Assembly (NCBI RefSeq): GCF_024521635.1
Contig: NW_026250413.1
Location: 124,001 to 188,000, forward strand
Direction of reading: 5' to 3'
DNA length: 64,000 nt
DNA from: Tricharina praecox
Taxonomy: Eukaryota
Position numbers and translations under genes: made by a program. How positions within the stretch are numbered: the first letter of the stretch is position 1; each line of letters opens with the position of its first letter. Shown piece after piece: positions 1 through 12,519 of this stretch. A model generated the notes under the pieces. The model ran no database searches. It was not told the DNA's origin and saw only the letters and a program-made list of their open reading frames with translations.

Positions 1-570
1 CTTTCCTGACAGTATGTGACCGCACCAAGCAGATGCAGAACTAGGAAGAGGCAACGAGCGTTCCCTCGACCCGTCCTTGCCTCACCGCAAGTCACTAGTC
101 TGCATCGCCGCCGCCGCCTCCTGCCTCTGCGGCCTGATACTAGGTCGGTGATAATGGAAGTTGAGATCAAAAGCCGAGTGATATCCAGTGGAAACAGTGC
201 AGGCCATAAAGGAAGACGAGATCAAAAAGATCAAAAGCCACATTGGGTCGCTCAGTGAAAGTTGGGTTGGACAGTAGCATGGAAGCGGGGGGGGGAGTAA
301 ACAGGGTGACATTGCCATGATCTAGATAGGTCGCATGCAATTACTGATTAAATAAAAAAAGAAGACGAGACCAATAGCCGAGTGCTATATAGTGAAAATA
401 GGGCACGAGTGACCACGATAGATTGGGTTATCGGTAGAGTGGGGCGACGCCCATCACTCTGGGAGTCACTTTGTCGACATTGGCCTCAATAGAAATGTAC
501 ACAAGTCCACCCTTCACTTCGAGCAGTTTGCAATAGCATGAACATCGCGATTCCACAGCAATCAAAGCGA

Positions 571-1350
571 TCAGTCTGATTCCTTACGCAGACTCTTATA
601 GCTAACATCGAACTTGACATCCTCATCGTAATCCTTACTCTCACTCTCCTCCTCCATTCTCTTGAGCTTGCGCGCCCCGAGCCCACTGCCGCAGTACCGA
701 CGGAGCTCGTAGTCTTGCGTTCTGTAACTGAGAGGGTGGGTGCGAACCACAGCAGTGACGTGTGCGGCGGGTTCAGGGGCAGGGGTATCCTCCCTCTCCC
801 GCTGGACACCATCATCTTCGCGCTCGCGCTCCCTCTCCCGCTCGCACTCATACTCCTTCTCGAACTCCTCTCCATCGAGCTCCGTCTCCCCATCGTCCGC
901 TTCGGCAGAAAGACTACTGCCCGTGCTCTCCTCCCAGAGCATCCACTGAAACACCTCCATCTTGAGCCCACTCTTCAGCACGGACGCAGTCCGCTGCACC
1001 ATGGCCACCTGTCCAGCCCCATGCATTTCCGCCTCGTAGCTTTCACGCTCCAGGAACTCCTCCGCGTACCCGAGCTTGTGCCTTGCCACGGCGGCGACCA
1101 GTCGCGCCAGCGACCCCCGCATCAGCCGCGACGTGATCAGCTCCGCGCACCGGCTGCATAGCTTCAGCGCGCAGCTGGCGCACACGTGCGTCGTGAAGTA
1201 CCGGTCGCACGCGAGGCAGAGGCTCAAGGACAGCGCGGGCAGAAAGTACGTGTGCGGTCGCTTGTGCAGGTATTGGCGGTGCGGCGAGTTGAGGTGCTGG
1301 TATGCCCGCTGCTGGTGCTGGTGGCGGTGGTGGTGGTTGTGCGCGACCAT
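571..1350 (-). CDS. Hypothetical protein with a Cys6 putative zinc-binding motif and acidic C-terminal half
   Basis: 259-aa ORF with ATG start. Contains CLACDRYFTTHVCASCALKLCSRC (C-x2-C-x8-C-x2-C-x4-C-x2-C), a His/Gln-rich N-terminus and an E/R-rich tail. Confidence 0.65.
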   Translation of the reverse strand: MVAHNHHHRHQHQQRAYQHLNSPHRQYLHKRPHTYFLPALSLSLCLACDRYFTTHVCASCALKLCSRCAELITSRLMRGSLARLVAAVARHKLGYAEEFLERESYEAEMHGAGQVAMVQRTASVLKSGLKMEVFQWMLWEESTGSSLSAEADDGETELDGEEFEKEYECEREREREREDDGVQREREDTPAPEPAAHVTAVVRTHPLSYRTQDYELRRYCGSGLGARKLKRMEEESESKDYDEDVKFDVSYKSLRKESD

Positions 1351-3227
1351 GTTTGCGGGATGGGATGGTACGTGGGTGTGAGGGGAAGGGAGGTTTTTTT
1401 TTTGGAGGAGTGGGGGCTAGGATGGGCTGAAGGGAGTTTGTAGGATGAAGCATGGCGTGGAGTAGGACGGAGGCACTTCCGGAAGTACCCCCGACATCTC
1501 CGGAGCACACACGGTAACCTTCTCGCAACGCCGCGCCGACTTGCCATCCATCTCATTCCGATTCCCTCCACGGCAATAAAATATATGCCTCATCCGATCC
1601 GGATCGGCTGCGGAGAAGATCACGTCTCGATTCTCGAAGGGTCTGTAACCCAGAGCATAACCCCCCACCCCCCCGATTGAGGGATATAACCTTAAATCCA
1701 CAGGTAAGGTGCGGATAGTCAACCCTATATACAAGTTCCCTGCGACGATCACTATTACCACCCTTCCCGCGTGGCACCCTGCCGTCGTAACTATCGACCG
1801 GGGTGACGTCGCAGTGGCTGCCGCGAGGTGAGCCAGCGCAGCATCGCTCATCACTCGCGTTTAGCCATCGACAGCGTTGGGGTCGGGATTTAGAGATATG
1901 ATGCTTTCGCGCGGTATGAAAAAAAAAGCGGGTTTGCTGGCGATACGGCTCGACTCCAGAGCACTCCAGTAGTTGAACCGTGGCTGTTCTTTGTCGTGGA
2001 TGGATACTGGTAGGAGGTTACGGTAGCTTCCTCCGCAGGCCTGTGGCCGAGTCCACAAATCACCGAAAAAACGCTTCACTGCCGCCGCCGGTAGACGCCG
2101 GGTTCGATACGGGTGGGTAACCGCAACCGCAACTGCACCCGTATCCGCGAAAATACCAAACCAGCCAGTGAATCGCGACCAAAAATTTACACGAGCACCT
2201 TTTAATCTACTCTACCGGAAGACCCGGCGTGTGCGGCTAGGTATCCACCATCGCTCGCTGCGGGAAGGTAAGTTAAGCGCCCGCCGGCCGGCTCGGTGGC
2301 TATGGCGAGATGAAGGCACGGCGAAAGTTTACATATGTAGTTTGTCTGGAACGCGCCGGTCGTGTCGAGTGGGAGGGCCGGTTGCCAGCGGAGCTCGGAG
2401 AGGTGGAGCAAAACACTATTCAATGAGCATGTCTTCGACCGGTGGAAAGTGTAACTCAAATTATCATTGTGACTACATACTTCCTACGACATGGATAAAA
2501 GGCTATACCAACATTTGAACAGTAGGTAACTCTATTTACGCAGCATCTCGATCCGAGGTACCGGTACCGGTATGGGTGATGGGAACGAATTGGCAAAGAG
2601 TGGCCATGTACCGTATGAAGCCAGTTTGGCACTACGATCGAATGGGTAATAAAAATGTCCGTCCACATCTTGAGCGGCGAGTTTATATAGAGTGAAGTAC
2701 CATTACCCAATAAAGCTGCACTGAACTCAATTCTCCAGGGCTCTCCGGATAAATCAGGATTCAGTCAATCCAGCGGAAAAAGGTATTCCGCCGAAAGTAT
2801 TAAGCTCATTAACTATGCCATACAAGTATAAATGAAGGTATTAAGTATCTCAACCAAAAATGCAAATCCAAAAACACCGAGTCGTCGGTCCGTAAGTTCC
2901 AATCCCATGCCCATGTCCTTGCCCGTTCCCATGCCCGTTCCCATGTCCCCGTGCTCGTATGCACTCACATATCCCCAAGCCCGAATCCCTAATCCCCAAT
3001 GTCCAGTCCACCTGCCACTAGCCCCGTGATTAATTATCCCCATAGAGAACGTCCAAGGAAATATATGCGAGGAAAACAAAAGAAAAAAGGAGAAAAGGAA
3101 AAAAGGTAAAGGAAAAAAGAAGAAGGAAAAAATGAAAAAGGAAATGAAAAAAGCAAAAGCGCCGAGAAAATGCGATCCACCACTCCCACCCTCAAGTGTC
3201 TAATCCAAAGAAAGCCAGTCGAGCACC

Positions 3228-4271
3228 CTAAACGTACTCCATGCACAGGAGATCGCCAGTGACATCCATCACGTCCCTGATCCTAGCGTTGGCAATGACA
3301 CCGAACATGTTGAGCTCATCGTCGAGCGTGGCGTCGATCCATCCTCCCGCAGGGCGATCCTGAGTCGTGTAGCCCGAGAAATCGGTGAGTCTCGCAGGGA
3401 GACTCTGCTGCTGCCAGCGCCACCAGACGCGGTCGAGGTAGGTGTGGTGCAGGTAGAAGAGAGGGTCGCCGGGGGAGGAGATGGCGTTGCCCATCTCACC
3501 GCCGACACCGTTGTGGCCACCGCTGTGGGGACTTCCCTCGATGCACGGCCACGCAGTAGCAAACTTTTGCTCTGCGAGGCAAGCGTTGACGTTCTCGGTG
3601 GAGCTGCCACGGCTGGCGTCGTCGTCGATCTGGCGGCTGATGCAGTGGTCGGTGTTGTCGTAGGACGGGCCGGTGTGTAGCGTGTAGTTGGCGAACGGGC
3701 CGGTCTGGATACAGTTGTTCTCGCCGACGCCGTTGCCGCCGAAGCCGTTGGTGGGGGAGAAGATGGCCGAACTGCTGAACGCGCCGGCGTCCGCCTCTTC
3801 GTCCCAGTAGGGCTGCGCGCCGTTGTAGCCGCACTCTTCGCGGAGGAGACGTTCGTGCGCGTGCATGTGCAGCCGGTGGAAGGGGAGGAACCATCCGTCG
3901 CCGTGCACGAGCATGGATTGAAGCTGGTGGGCCTTGACGAGATCGTCGAAGCGGCTCACTGACGCCTCGAGGCCGGTTTGCTGGGGAATTCGCCACATGA
4001 GGCAGAGCTCGGCATCAATGTAGGATTTCTTCTCAGCATCGGAGAGGGTGTGCCTGTATCATATCAGCATACTGCGAGGGAGAAGGGAAGAAGAAGTGGC
4101 ATACCATGCGCGGCGCTGAAGCCTTGTAGTGCATCCACCCTGCCTTTTCCCGAGCTCCTCGGTGGTGTCCCGAGCGGAAAGGTCTGATGATCTGGCGATT
4201 GGAGAAGCAAATACAGCAGTCGCTGAAGCGAGAACGAACGAAGCGGTGAGGAAAGAACGGAAGGAAACCAT
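3228..4271 (-). CDS. Secreted tyrosinase / catechol oxidase (type-3 dicopper protein)
   Basis: Exons 4271-4105 and 4053-3228; intron 4054-4104 (GTATGC...CAG). Spliced product has a signal peptide and RRAWHTLSDAEKKSYIDAELCLM. CuA site AHQLQSMLVHGDGWFLPFHR, YNGAQPYWD, and CuB site SPHSGGH...SPGDPLFYLHHTYLDRVWWRWQ are present. Confidence 0.93.
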
Positions 4272-7200
4272 TTTCGACGAGAGAGATGAAGAAGGAGAAG
4301 TACCAAGTAACTGTAGCGAGTGAGAATACTTGTACTGAAAGTATGAAAGACGCAGATGCAGAGAGAGAAGAAGAAGCTGCTCTGAGCGAATGATGATGAG
4401 GATGAGGGTGAGGAAGTGAAATTGAGTGCGTATCGAGGCATCTCTTTATACGGATTGAACTTCTATTGTTTGTCTGTGTTGATGATTCCCGTTCGCGTAT
4501 GCCTGGCGAAGGTGGTGCTCTATTCTGGCGGGGGCTCTATTGCTGGCGGGGCTGAGGTTACACTGCTCTTGCACTATCGCAGCCACCACCACCACCACCA
4601 CCACCACCTTGCTCCCACACCACACAACTTTGGACATCAACATCCCACCACACCGGTCGAACTTCGAGGCCGTCAGCACGATCTGGGAATAGCATCAGCA
4701 ATGGCGTCGAGCGCAGACTCCGCAGAGACACTCGCTGTCATGGTCAGGTCTGTATGGTGCACACTGCACAGTCCACGGTCTGCCTAGATGCAAGTTTCGA
4801 GATGCACTTCCACTTCTGTTCAGCTCCTTCAGCCGTGGCGGGCCTGTGGTTGGTCAAGCCGGTGTTTGCTAACAGGTATTGACGGTACGGTGCTGGCAGG
4901 TGTCGATGTTTTTGGGTACACTCTACTCTATTCTGTTCACCGGAGTCCGGACAGTGGTTGGGAGAGCGAAGCGAAGAACACTCTTTGGTACCCTAGGTAC
5001 CTACGTCTCTGCGGAGTCAACCGACAACCTGAAGGTATCGACTCTCTTCGGATTCAACCGACAACCCACGGATACCGGTACTCTCTGCTCCATCACCCGC
5101 GATCCGTTTTCCGCCAACTCGAAACTTGACGGCTACCACCAAGTTTCAACGGCCACTAGGTACCTCACCAGATTTCATCTCGGTCCCGCATTCTGCGGAC
5201 TTGGGTACATGGCTACACAAAAGCTGCCAGCTAGCTACTATGAGAGCTGCTGCCTTCAATCCGAACATCTACACAGACAGGGTACCCCGCTGCCTGCACT
5301 GAGCGCAGCTGACTTTGACATTTTCCTCGACCACTAAATACACTTTCTTTTTGGAGGCATCGGGGCGAAGTACATACATACATGCACAGGCGAAAGACAA
5401 ACGGGTACCCGGGTACCCGATTACTGCGCGTATTTATCCCTACGTTCTCTATTTCTGTGGCTATTTCCGTCCAACTAAAGTAATGTGCCAACTAGTGTGC
5501 TGTGAGCTGATGCTTGGTATTGATCCCGGTCTGTCGATGGTGGGGGCCGAGACTTGGTGGGATGGAGGCGGTATGGGTCTTATGAATCGATTCGGTGATG
5601 ATTCCTCCTCGCTACGCGTAGAGCTGCTTTGCTTTTGGATGCCGAGTTCGTGCTTTGGATGTGCTCGTGCTCGTGCAGTCATCGGCGACGCATGTTTCCC
5701 CACAGCCAATGGGTGGTCGTTTCACGGCAGCGAAGGGCTGAGGTGCAGATTCTCCGTGCAGCTGGACGATGGGGATGTGTGCGATCGAAAGCAGGAGCCC
5801 CGCAGAGGAGAAAGGTGCGCTGGAAGTCCCACGATGAAAGAACAGTACGTATGTCCTCGGATTTGTGCTCGGAAAGCTCACAGGCTTAAGGACAAATACC
5901 CATGCGGTATGTACGAGTTAGCTATGGACATCAAGCGTCTCACTGACGTGCCGGACGACGGGGGAAAGAGTCAAGGATGGGCGCAAAGATGTTTCGAGAC
6001 GAACGGGCGGGATTACTTAACCTCTGGGGTATTGATACAAGCCATTGGCTGTTGGGACGAGCGGCGGTGGAGGGGCCAACTATGTACAAGCGGAAACACT
6101 GATTCGCCGGTAATCGACTTTGAGACTTACCCAAGTTTTCGAACTGGCGTGCGCAGCGGTACGTTGCACGAGAAGGTGTAGATTTGGTCTGCAGACTTGT
6201 GCGGAGTACAGACTCTACCCTCTAACTACTATCTGCTTCCGCTCGAGGCGGGGAAGTTCAAAAAGCACAAGTACACTACATCATACAAGCACGAGGATGC
6301 GAAAGTGAACCTGGGATTGACCTGCTCGGACAGAGGTTCCCATGTGGACATATGGGTAACTGATTTACTACGTGCTTCGCGGGCTCGGAAGAGAGCAGGT
6401 ATCCGTACCGGATGGATACGTACCTTATCGATACCAATCATCCGCTCGGTCACACGGGAGTGAATGGCGGTGCTCGATGTTTCGACCACAACCAATGCCG
6501 AACAAGTGCAGCTGGCTGCAGAGGTAGCCAGTAACCAGTAACCAGCACGTAACTCGTGGTGTAGACTTCCAGTCCTTAACTACGCCAATCCGCCGCCGCC
6601 GCCATCGCCGCCGCAGACGTACCGATGTCACCGTACATCCGGATGCAAATACTCAACATGCGTACTCCGTTGAGAAGCCGGCCTCTCCTTGGACGCCTCT
6701 CTGTGCGGTTTGAACGGAATACCCCGTTCGTTCGACAGTAGAGTACAGCTGACCCAAACTTGCGTTCTGTTTCTTCAGCTGCAGTACTGTACATCGGGAT
6801 ACTCCCACATATCGAGGCCTGGGTCTCGACCGCCGCTTTCCCTTCCGCATGTTCGCTGAGGACGTAGAGGCCGCGTACTTCACTCTGGTGCGGGGGTGTG
6901 AGGGCTGAAGGATGTCCTCACCGATGGTATCTTGAGTTCTGCTCGTCAGAGCTGAGAGGAGGATTGTGGGTGCGGAACTTTTGGAGGCGGGCAGTGGTGG
7001 CCAGTGGTTGTCGATACATCGTAAAGGATGGAGGATGGGAGGAATGACGAATGGGGGAATGATGTCTGCCTAGATCAGCTGGCTCCGGAGGTAGAGTACA
7101 TACCAAGCATTGGAGGATTTGCTGATGTCAGAGTAAAGGGCTGAAGTCGGAAGTATTGATGCCGCTCCATCCTCCTCTTTCGAGTCGTCGACTGCCTTCA

Positions 7201-8456
7201 CGAATGATAGCGACAGTGCTGGAGCCCGGAGTGATGTAGAGTTACGATACAATCGCTCCATTATCACCCAGGTCACACACGCATTATCCGCCTCACCCAA
7301 TCATATCAACTCTCAGAACCGATCGCCAACACTACCAATAGCTACCCACTCAGCCCTCCGCTCAAGCCACACCGCGCCGCATGCTGCGTAGCTGCAGACT
7401 GCAGCGTCCAGAATAAGCATCGACGCAGCCCTGCCCCCACGTGTGAGCAATGGGCATAGGTAATGTAATGCGCGCCATGATCTCGGTATTCATATCATAC
7501 TCCGCACTCCGGTGCCCGATTAGGGTATGTATCGAGGACACACACACTTCCAGAACGTTTCGGGTGGCCGTGCTTGCCAGTCCGCCGCTGGGCTGTGCAG
7601 TATAGGTCGGTTCGAACTTCGGCCTGGGAGCTGACGGGCGGGATTTTTGCCGATTTCGCCAGGCTGGAGGATGGCTCGCTGACTGTTGCCAGATGATGAC
7701 TGTTGCCGGATGACGGTTAGCGGATGACACCACAGAAAACCGACAGACTCAAGCACGCTCTTGAACGTCAACGCGACTCTACCGAAGCTACGCCCGCCGC
7801 CGCAGTCCTCACGTACATACGGAAACTCCGCCGCGCCGTTGAAATGCACCCACCGCTTCATTCATGTTGTCCGATGTCGGTACCTGCGGCCCGGACGATG
7901 CCCCATCGATGCCGCGTCGATGCCGTGCTCACGTGAGCTTGGAAGTTGGCCCGGGTATTCGGCATCAGCAAGGTAGCGGTGTTGAACGTTCCAGGCTCAC
8001 CAGCCCGACGATGTGTGGCTCTCTGGTGAGGTGAGTCGGCACCTATGGGCCCAGTGTATGGGCTGATGCTTCCACGTTTGACAGTATCGAGCGACCTACG
8101 GCCTGCGGCGACACGTGGTGTGCTGACATTAGATGGTCTTACGGCGTAGCTGGAGCGTGTGTGAGCGTCTTTAGCTGGGTGTTTACTGCCTGCTGATGGG
8201 GAAGATCGAACGATATTCGGTGATCCAGCGCGGTGTTTCCACGTAGGTACCTGCATTATTGGGGGGCATTTCACCGTTCGCCGAGCATCTCCGCCCGTCA
8301 TAGTTATTCACTCCCGAAAACATCTTTGCAGCCAAAGTGCCTCGTCAGCCCAGGGTGTTGAACTTCTTCGTAAGCATTTGGATCCCTCCCTCAGCCCTGG
8401 ATTGGGAAGGACCAGGGATGGCAAGTGATTCTAGTTATGATCATCGTATGCGAGTG

Positions 8457-9130
8457 ACGGGTCCGGCCGTGCCTGGGGTCAAGGGATAGTGCTGGCACAG
8501 AGACGCCCAAGTAGCCGGGGGATTTCAGCCGCAGTGCTTGAGTTAACCCCTAAACTCGTAGAGTGAGAGAGGGCACTTCCCTCTGCCGCTGGAGAGGTTT
8601 GCTTATAAAGGCAGGTATCCCCAAAAGGTTCAAGGAGGAGAAACGCAGCAAACTTCTGTTTGCGGGATTCCTCTTAATGAATGGATTCCTCCAGGCGGAA
8701 ATGACCAGAGATGGTAAGTGGTTCTAATTCTGATTATCGTATACGGGTCCGGCGGTGCCAGCGGTGCCGTACCTGTGGTCAAGGACTTGGGCCAGTGCTG
8801 GCTCAAAGACGCCCAAGCAGCCGGGGATTACAGCCGCGCTGCTTGCGTTAATTCGTCCGCTCGTAAAGTGAAGGAGGACACTTCTTTCTGCCGCTGGAGA
8901 GGCTTGCTTATAAAGGCGGGTATTCCCAGACGGAGGAGAAATGCTGCAAACTTCTGTTTGCGAGATTCCTCCAGGGGAAAGGTGAATCTCTCGTCGGAGA
9001 TTCCTTCTTAGAAGTATCAGTCAGTGAGGTTTTTGCATAACCCAGCGACTCTCTCGTGCAGCCACTCGGTGAAGGAGGGCACTTCTCTCTGCCGCCGGAG
9101 AGGCATATGGACTCTAGAGGCAGATGTTCC
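8457..9130 (+). repeat. Degenerate direct repeat, about 2.3 copies of a ~220-290 bp unit
   Basis: 8457-8674 and 8742-8972 share ACGGGTCCGG..AGACGCCCAAGYAGCCGGGG..CTGCCGCTGGAGAGGYTTGCTTATAAAGGC..CAAACTTCTGTTTGCGRGATTCCTC. A partial third copy lies near 9069-9130. Confidence 0.8.
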
Positions 9131-9439
9131 CAGCCAGTGTAACACGGGCGTCCGGCCTCCGTCGGTCGCCGGTTTCAACCGCGGATGTGCGCATGTGCAG
9201 AGATGGCGGCGAAGTCGCTTGCTCGCCGAACACCCCTCGCGTCCAGCGCCTGCACGTTACACCTCGGCGGTGAGTCGGTGACCTTTACGCTCCGAGATCT
9301 CAACGACCGGCGAGACGCAGTATGTATTAGGTAACTTGCGTGCCAAAACGGCGAGTCATGCATACCCTGCCACTTATGGGCCTCGTGAGTTAGTACATAA
9401 TAGGTATTGAGAGAAACCTAACACTTCACTGCCACTACA

Positions 9440-9511
9440 AGAGTGCGAGGTGAGGCTTGAGAGCGAGGTGAGGCTTGAGAGTGAGGTGAGGCTTGAGAGT
9501 GAGGTGAGGCT
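9440..9511 (+). repeat. 18-bp minisatellite (GAGTGAGGTGAGGCTTGA), about 4 copies
   Basis: Visible tandem array; minus-strand translation shows SLTSLS repeats. Confidence 0.9.
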
Positions 9512-9821
9512 GGTATGTACATAGGTGCGCCACGAATGGCTTGTGGGGATGCGGGATTCTTGGATTGACCGTAACACCAATCGGGACTCGGCAAGCCGAA
9601 TGTGTGCATCTGCAGAACACAAACGGCCGATCACAGCCCTACCGGGAAATAACGCTAGCGCATCCTATCAAATGCGAGTGCCAGCCAGTGAAGCACTCTA
9701 GCAGCACGTTTCGACTGAACTTCCTGTATTGTACCTCTGCGACTCTGCGACTCTGCGACTTCCCTCTAACGACAAGACAACTACAACAGCAAAGCTTCAC
9801 CACCCCCACCCATCCGCTACC

Positions 9822-11244
9822 ATGGCAGCAGCTTTCCACCCCGACGACCGCACGCACCCCCCTCTCACCGAGCCGCTCGAGGACCTCCATCCCGCGTTTG
9901 CGCACAAGAAGCTCCGCTGGCCGACGTCGGCGCCGAAGCTGGTAGAGTTTACGGATGCGAATCGGGGCGTGGACTACTCGTACGGATGCCACCAGGCACA
10001 CAAGGGCGACGACGACTTGATCGTGCTGAACATCTACCGGTTCGTGAAATGAGACGGACGAGGGATAGCAGTGGGAGGTGGCTGCTAACGGTAGATGACA
10101 GGACCAAGACCACGCCCGCAAGCTACGGCATCGGCCCCTCGCCGCTGCTGCCCATCTACATCCACCACCACATCCCACACCCGGCGGATACCTCAGCCCC
10201 ACCCGGACGTATGCGCGAGGCGGTATCACGGCTGCTCCCGTCATCCTCCACCCACCCCACCGTCGATAAACTGGCGAACCTTGTCGGCGCTGCGATGGGC
10301 AGGGAGCAGGTCTCGCTCGCCGCGCTGCAGTATGTGCTGGAGCGCCGCGGCGTCCCCGTAGAGAGGAACTACGACTTGGGCACAGGCCTCGATGTCCCGC
10401 TGGCGCTGGATGTCTCCTCGCCCACGCCCACGCCCGCGAACGAGAAGTTGGAGGCGATCCTGGCACTGCGGTGGTCTTCGGAGTTCGTGGAGGCGCGGAT
10501 CTCGGCCGCCTGTACTTCGGCGAAGCACCGGAGTACGTCCCCCCCGCTCCCACCCCGCCGTGGACACTGGCCAACTAACAGCAAGCGGCAGATTCGACCA
10601 ACACGATGAAGCTCACGGACGTCCCGGCAGCGAAGATCCACTGGAACCCGCGTTTCACGCCCATCGACCGGCCGAAGAACCACACGCCAGTGTTCGCGAC
10701 GGTCGAGGAGCTCGTGGGGACCCGGGGCGTGGACATAACGTTCAGCAGCGACCACTCAGACGGGCGGGAGGGTGTATTCGCGTTCGTGTGGGAGGGGGAG
10801 ACGTGGCGACTAGTGGCCACCGAGGTCGTCGGCGACTCGAACTGGAACCGCGAGGGCGAGTTCAAGCTCCGCGCCCCGCGGCCGCACCCGAAGACGAAGA
10901 TGAAGACGCGCGGGATCCCGTTGCCGTCGCCGCCGCCGCCGATGTTGCGCAACTCCGCGAAATCTTCCCCCTCCGCTAAGGCGGGAAAGGTCCATGCCCA
11001 TGTCGTCCACCTCTACGGCCACTCCCACAAGGAGCCCGTGCTGACCGCCGACCTAGTCACGGGGCAGATGTGGCTGGTCGACTCGCTGCACATCAACTTG
11101 CTCGACGTGGCGATGGTCCTGCTGGGCGCGGTGATGAACTTGGAGCAGACGGTGCGCACGGCCATCGAGAAGGGAGAGAAGGAACGCACCGCCGCGGTCC
11201 TGGCGTGGCGGAGGGAGATGGAGAAGATCTCGATTAGGTGCTAG
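9822..11244 (+). CDS. Hypothetical protein (~433 aa, 3 exons)
   Basis: Exons 9822-10039, 10102-10532 and 10592-11244. Introns GTTCGT..CTAAC..CAG and GTACGT..CTAAC..CAG join three GC3-rich ORFs in consistent phase. No recognised domain. Confidence 0.7.
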
Positions 11245-12139
11245 ACGATAATGGTGGTGGTGCTCTACCGACTCACCGACTCACCCGAAGGCACACGCGG
11301 TGGAGAAGTACTTAATAGTCATTTGTAGCACGCATAATGAGATTCCACGTCCCAAGGCCTAATCCATCCCGTGCCGCGATTGGAGTGCCATTTTTTTAGG
11401 TAGTATGTAGTGTAAATACGAACACCAATTTTGCCCCTGTGAAAGTATTAGGTGTCCAGGCGGTACCACTTCGCTTGACTGAGGAGATTCAAGAAGTGGC
11501 AATGCGTTATGTAGCCACCTCAGATCAGATGTCAACACCAAGACTCCATCCCATGCTACATAGCAGCTGGATATGATAACCCCTCGCTACGCATCTCAGT
11601 AGACTTTTCAATGCCACCAGCTCCTCCCGCTCCACCCCCTCCGGAATCCTACAAAAATCCCTCGCCCGACGTCCGCTGAGCAGCCCCACGATATATCACT
11701 CGGTTGGTGCACAAAAAATTGTGTTGAAATTAAAGTGGGGATATAGTAAATGTATTCAAAATGACGATGATGAGAGATAGAGAGCTAGTTTTTTCTGAAA
11801 GGAGAGTATTTTTAGTCAAACATTACAGTGAAATAAACACGGATGATCAGCGAAATAAGCGAGTGAAGAAGCATGACACGGTCGTTGAAACAAACGCGTG
11901 ATAATCGCTTGTCATCAGCTTCTGATTTGTGCCCCCGTAGTTCCTAATGGTCCCCCAGTAATATCCACATGTCTGCATCAGCTTCGCACCCGCCACAACC
12001 ACAGCATTGAGAGCCGTGGCGTGCCGGGCGGATGCATGTTTGATCTTCTTTCAGTCATGATGGACTCGCGGTAGTGGATTTCTGACCGGCCCTTCAAGAA
12101 CAACCTCACATTGCTGCAGATCGATCATTGGGAAAGGGC

Positions 12140-12400
12140 GTTGCTGCTGTTTCCGCCGATATGCTGCCCTCCGGTTACTATTGTCACTGTTGCCGCTCAT
12201 TTACTGACTTGCTGTTGCTGTTGCTGTCGATATGCTGCCCTCCGGTTAGTATTGTCGCTGTTGCCGCTCATTTGCTGACTTGCTGATGCTGCTGATTTGC
12301 TGACTTGCTGTTGCTCTTGCGCCCTCCGGTTACTATTGTCCCCGTTGCTGCTCATTTATTGACTTGCTGTTGATTCTGTTGCTGTTGCTGCCGCTATTGC
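12140..12400 (+). repeat. Degenerate tandem repeat (~70 bp unit)
   Basis: Recurring GCCCTCCGGTTASTATTGTC..GTTGCYGCTCATTT..TGACTTGCTG, about 3 copies. Confidence 0.75.
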
Positions 12401-12519
12401 CGTCTAAATAATTGGTTTTCAACCGGGTAGGTTTAGCAATGTCCTCCACGTTGTTCCTTTCCGTTGACCCGAAGAGCAAACTAAAGTTGCTCTCGCTGTT
12501 GTGAATTAGAGTCAAGAGG

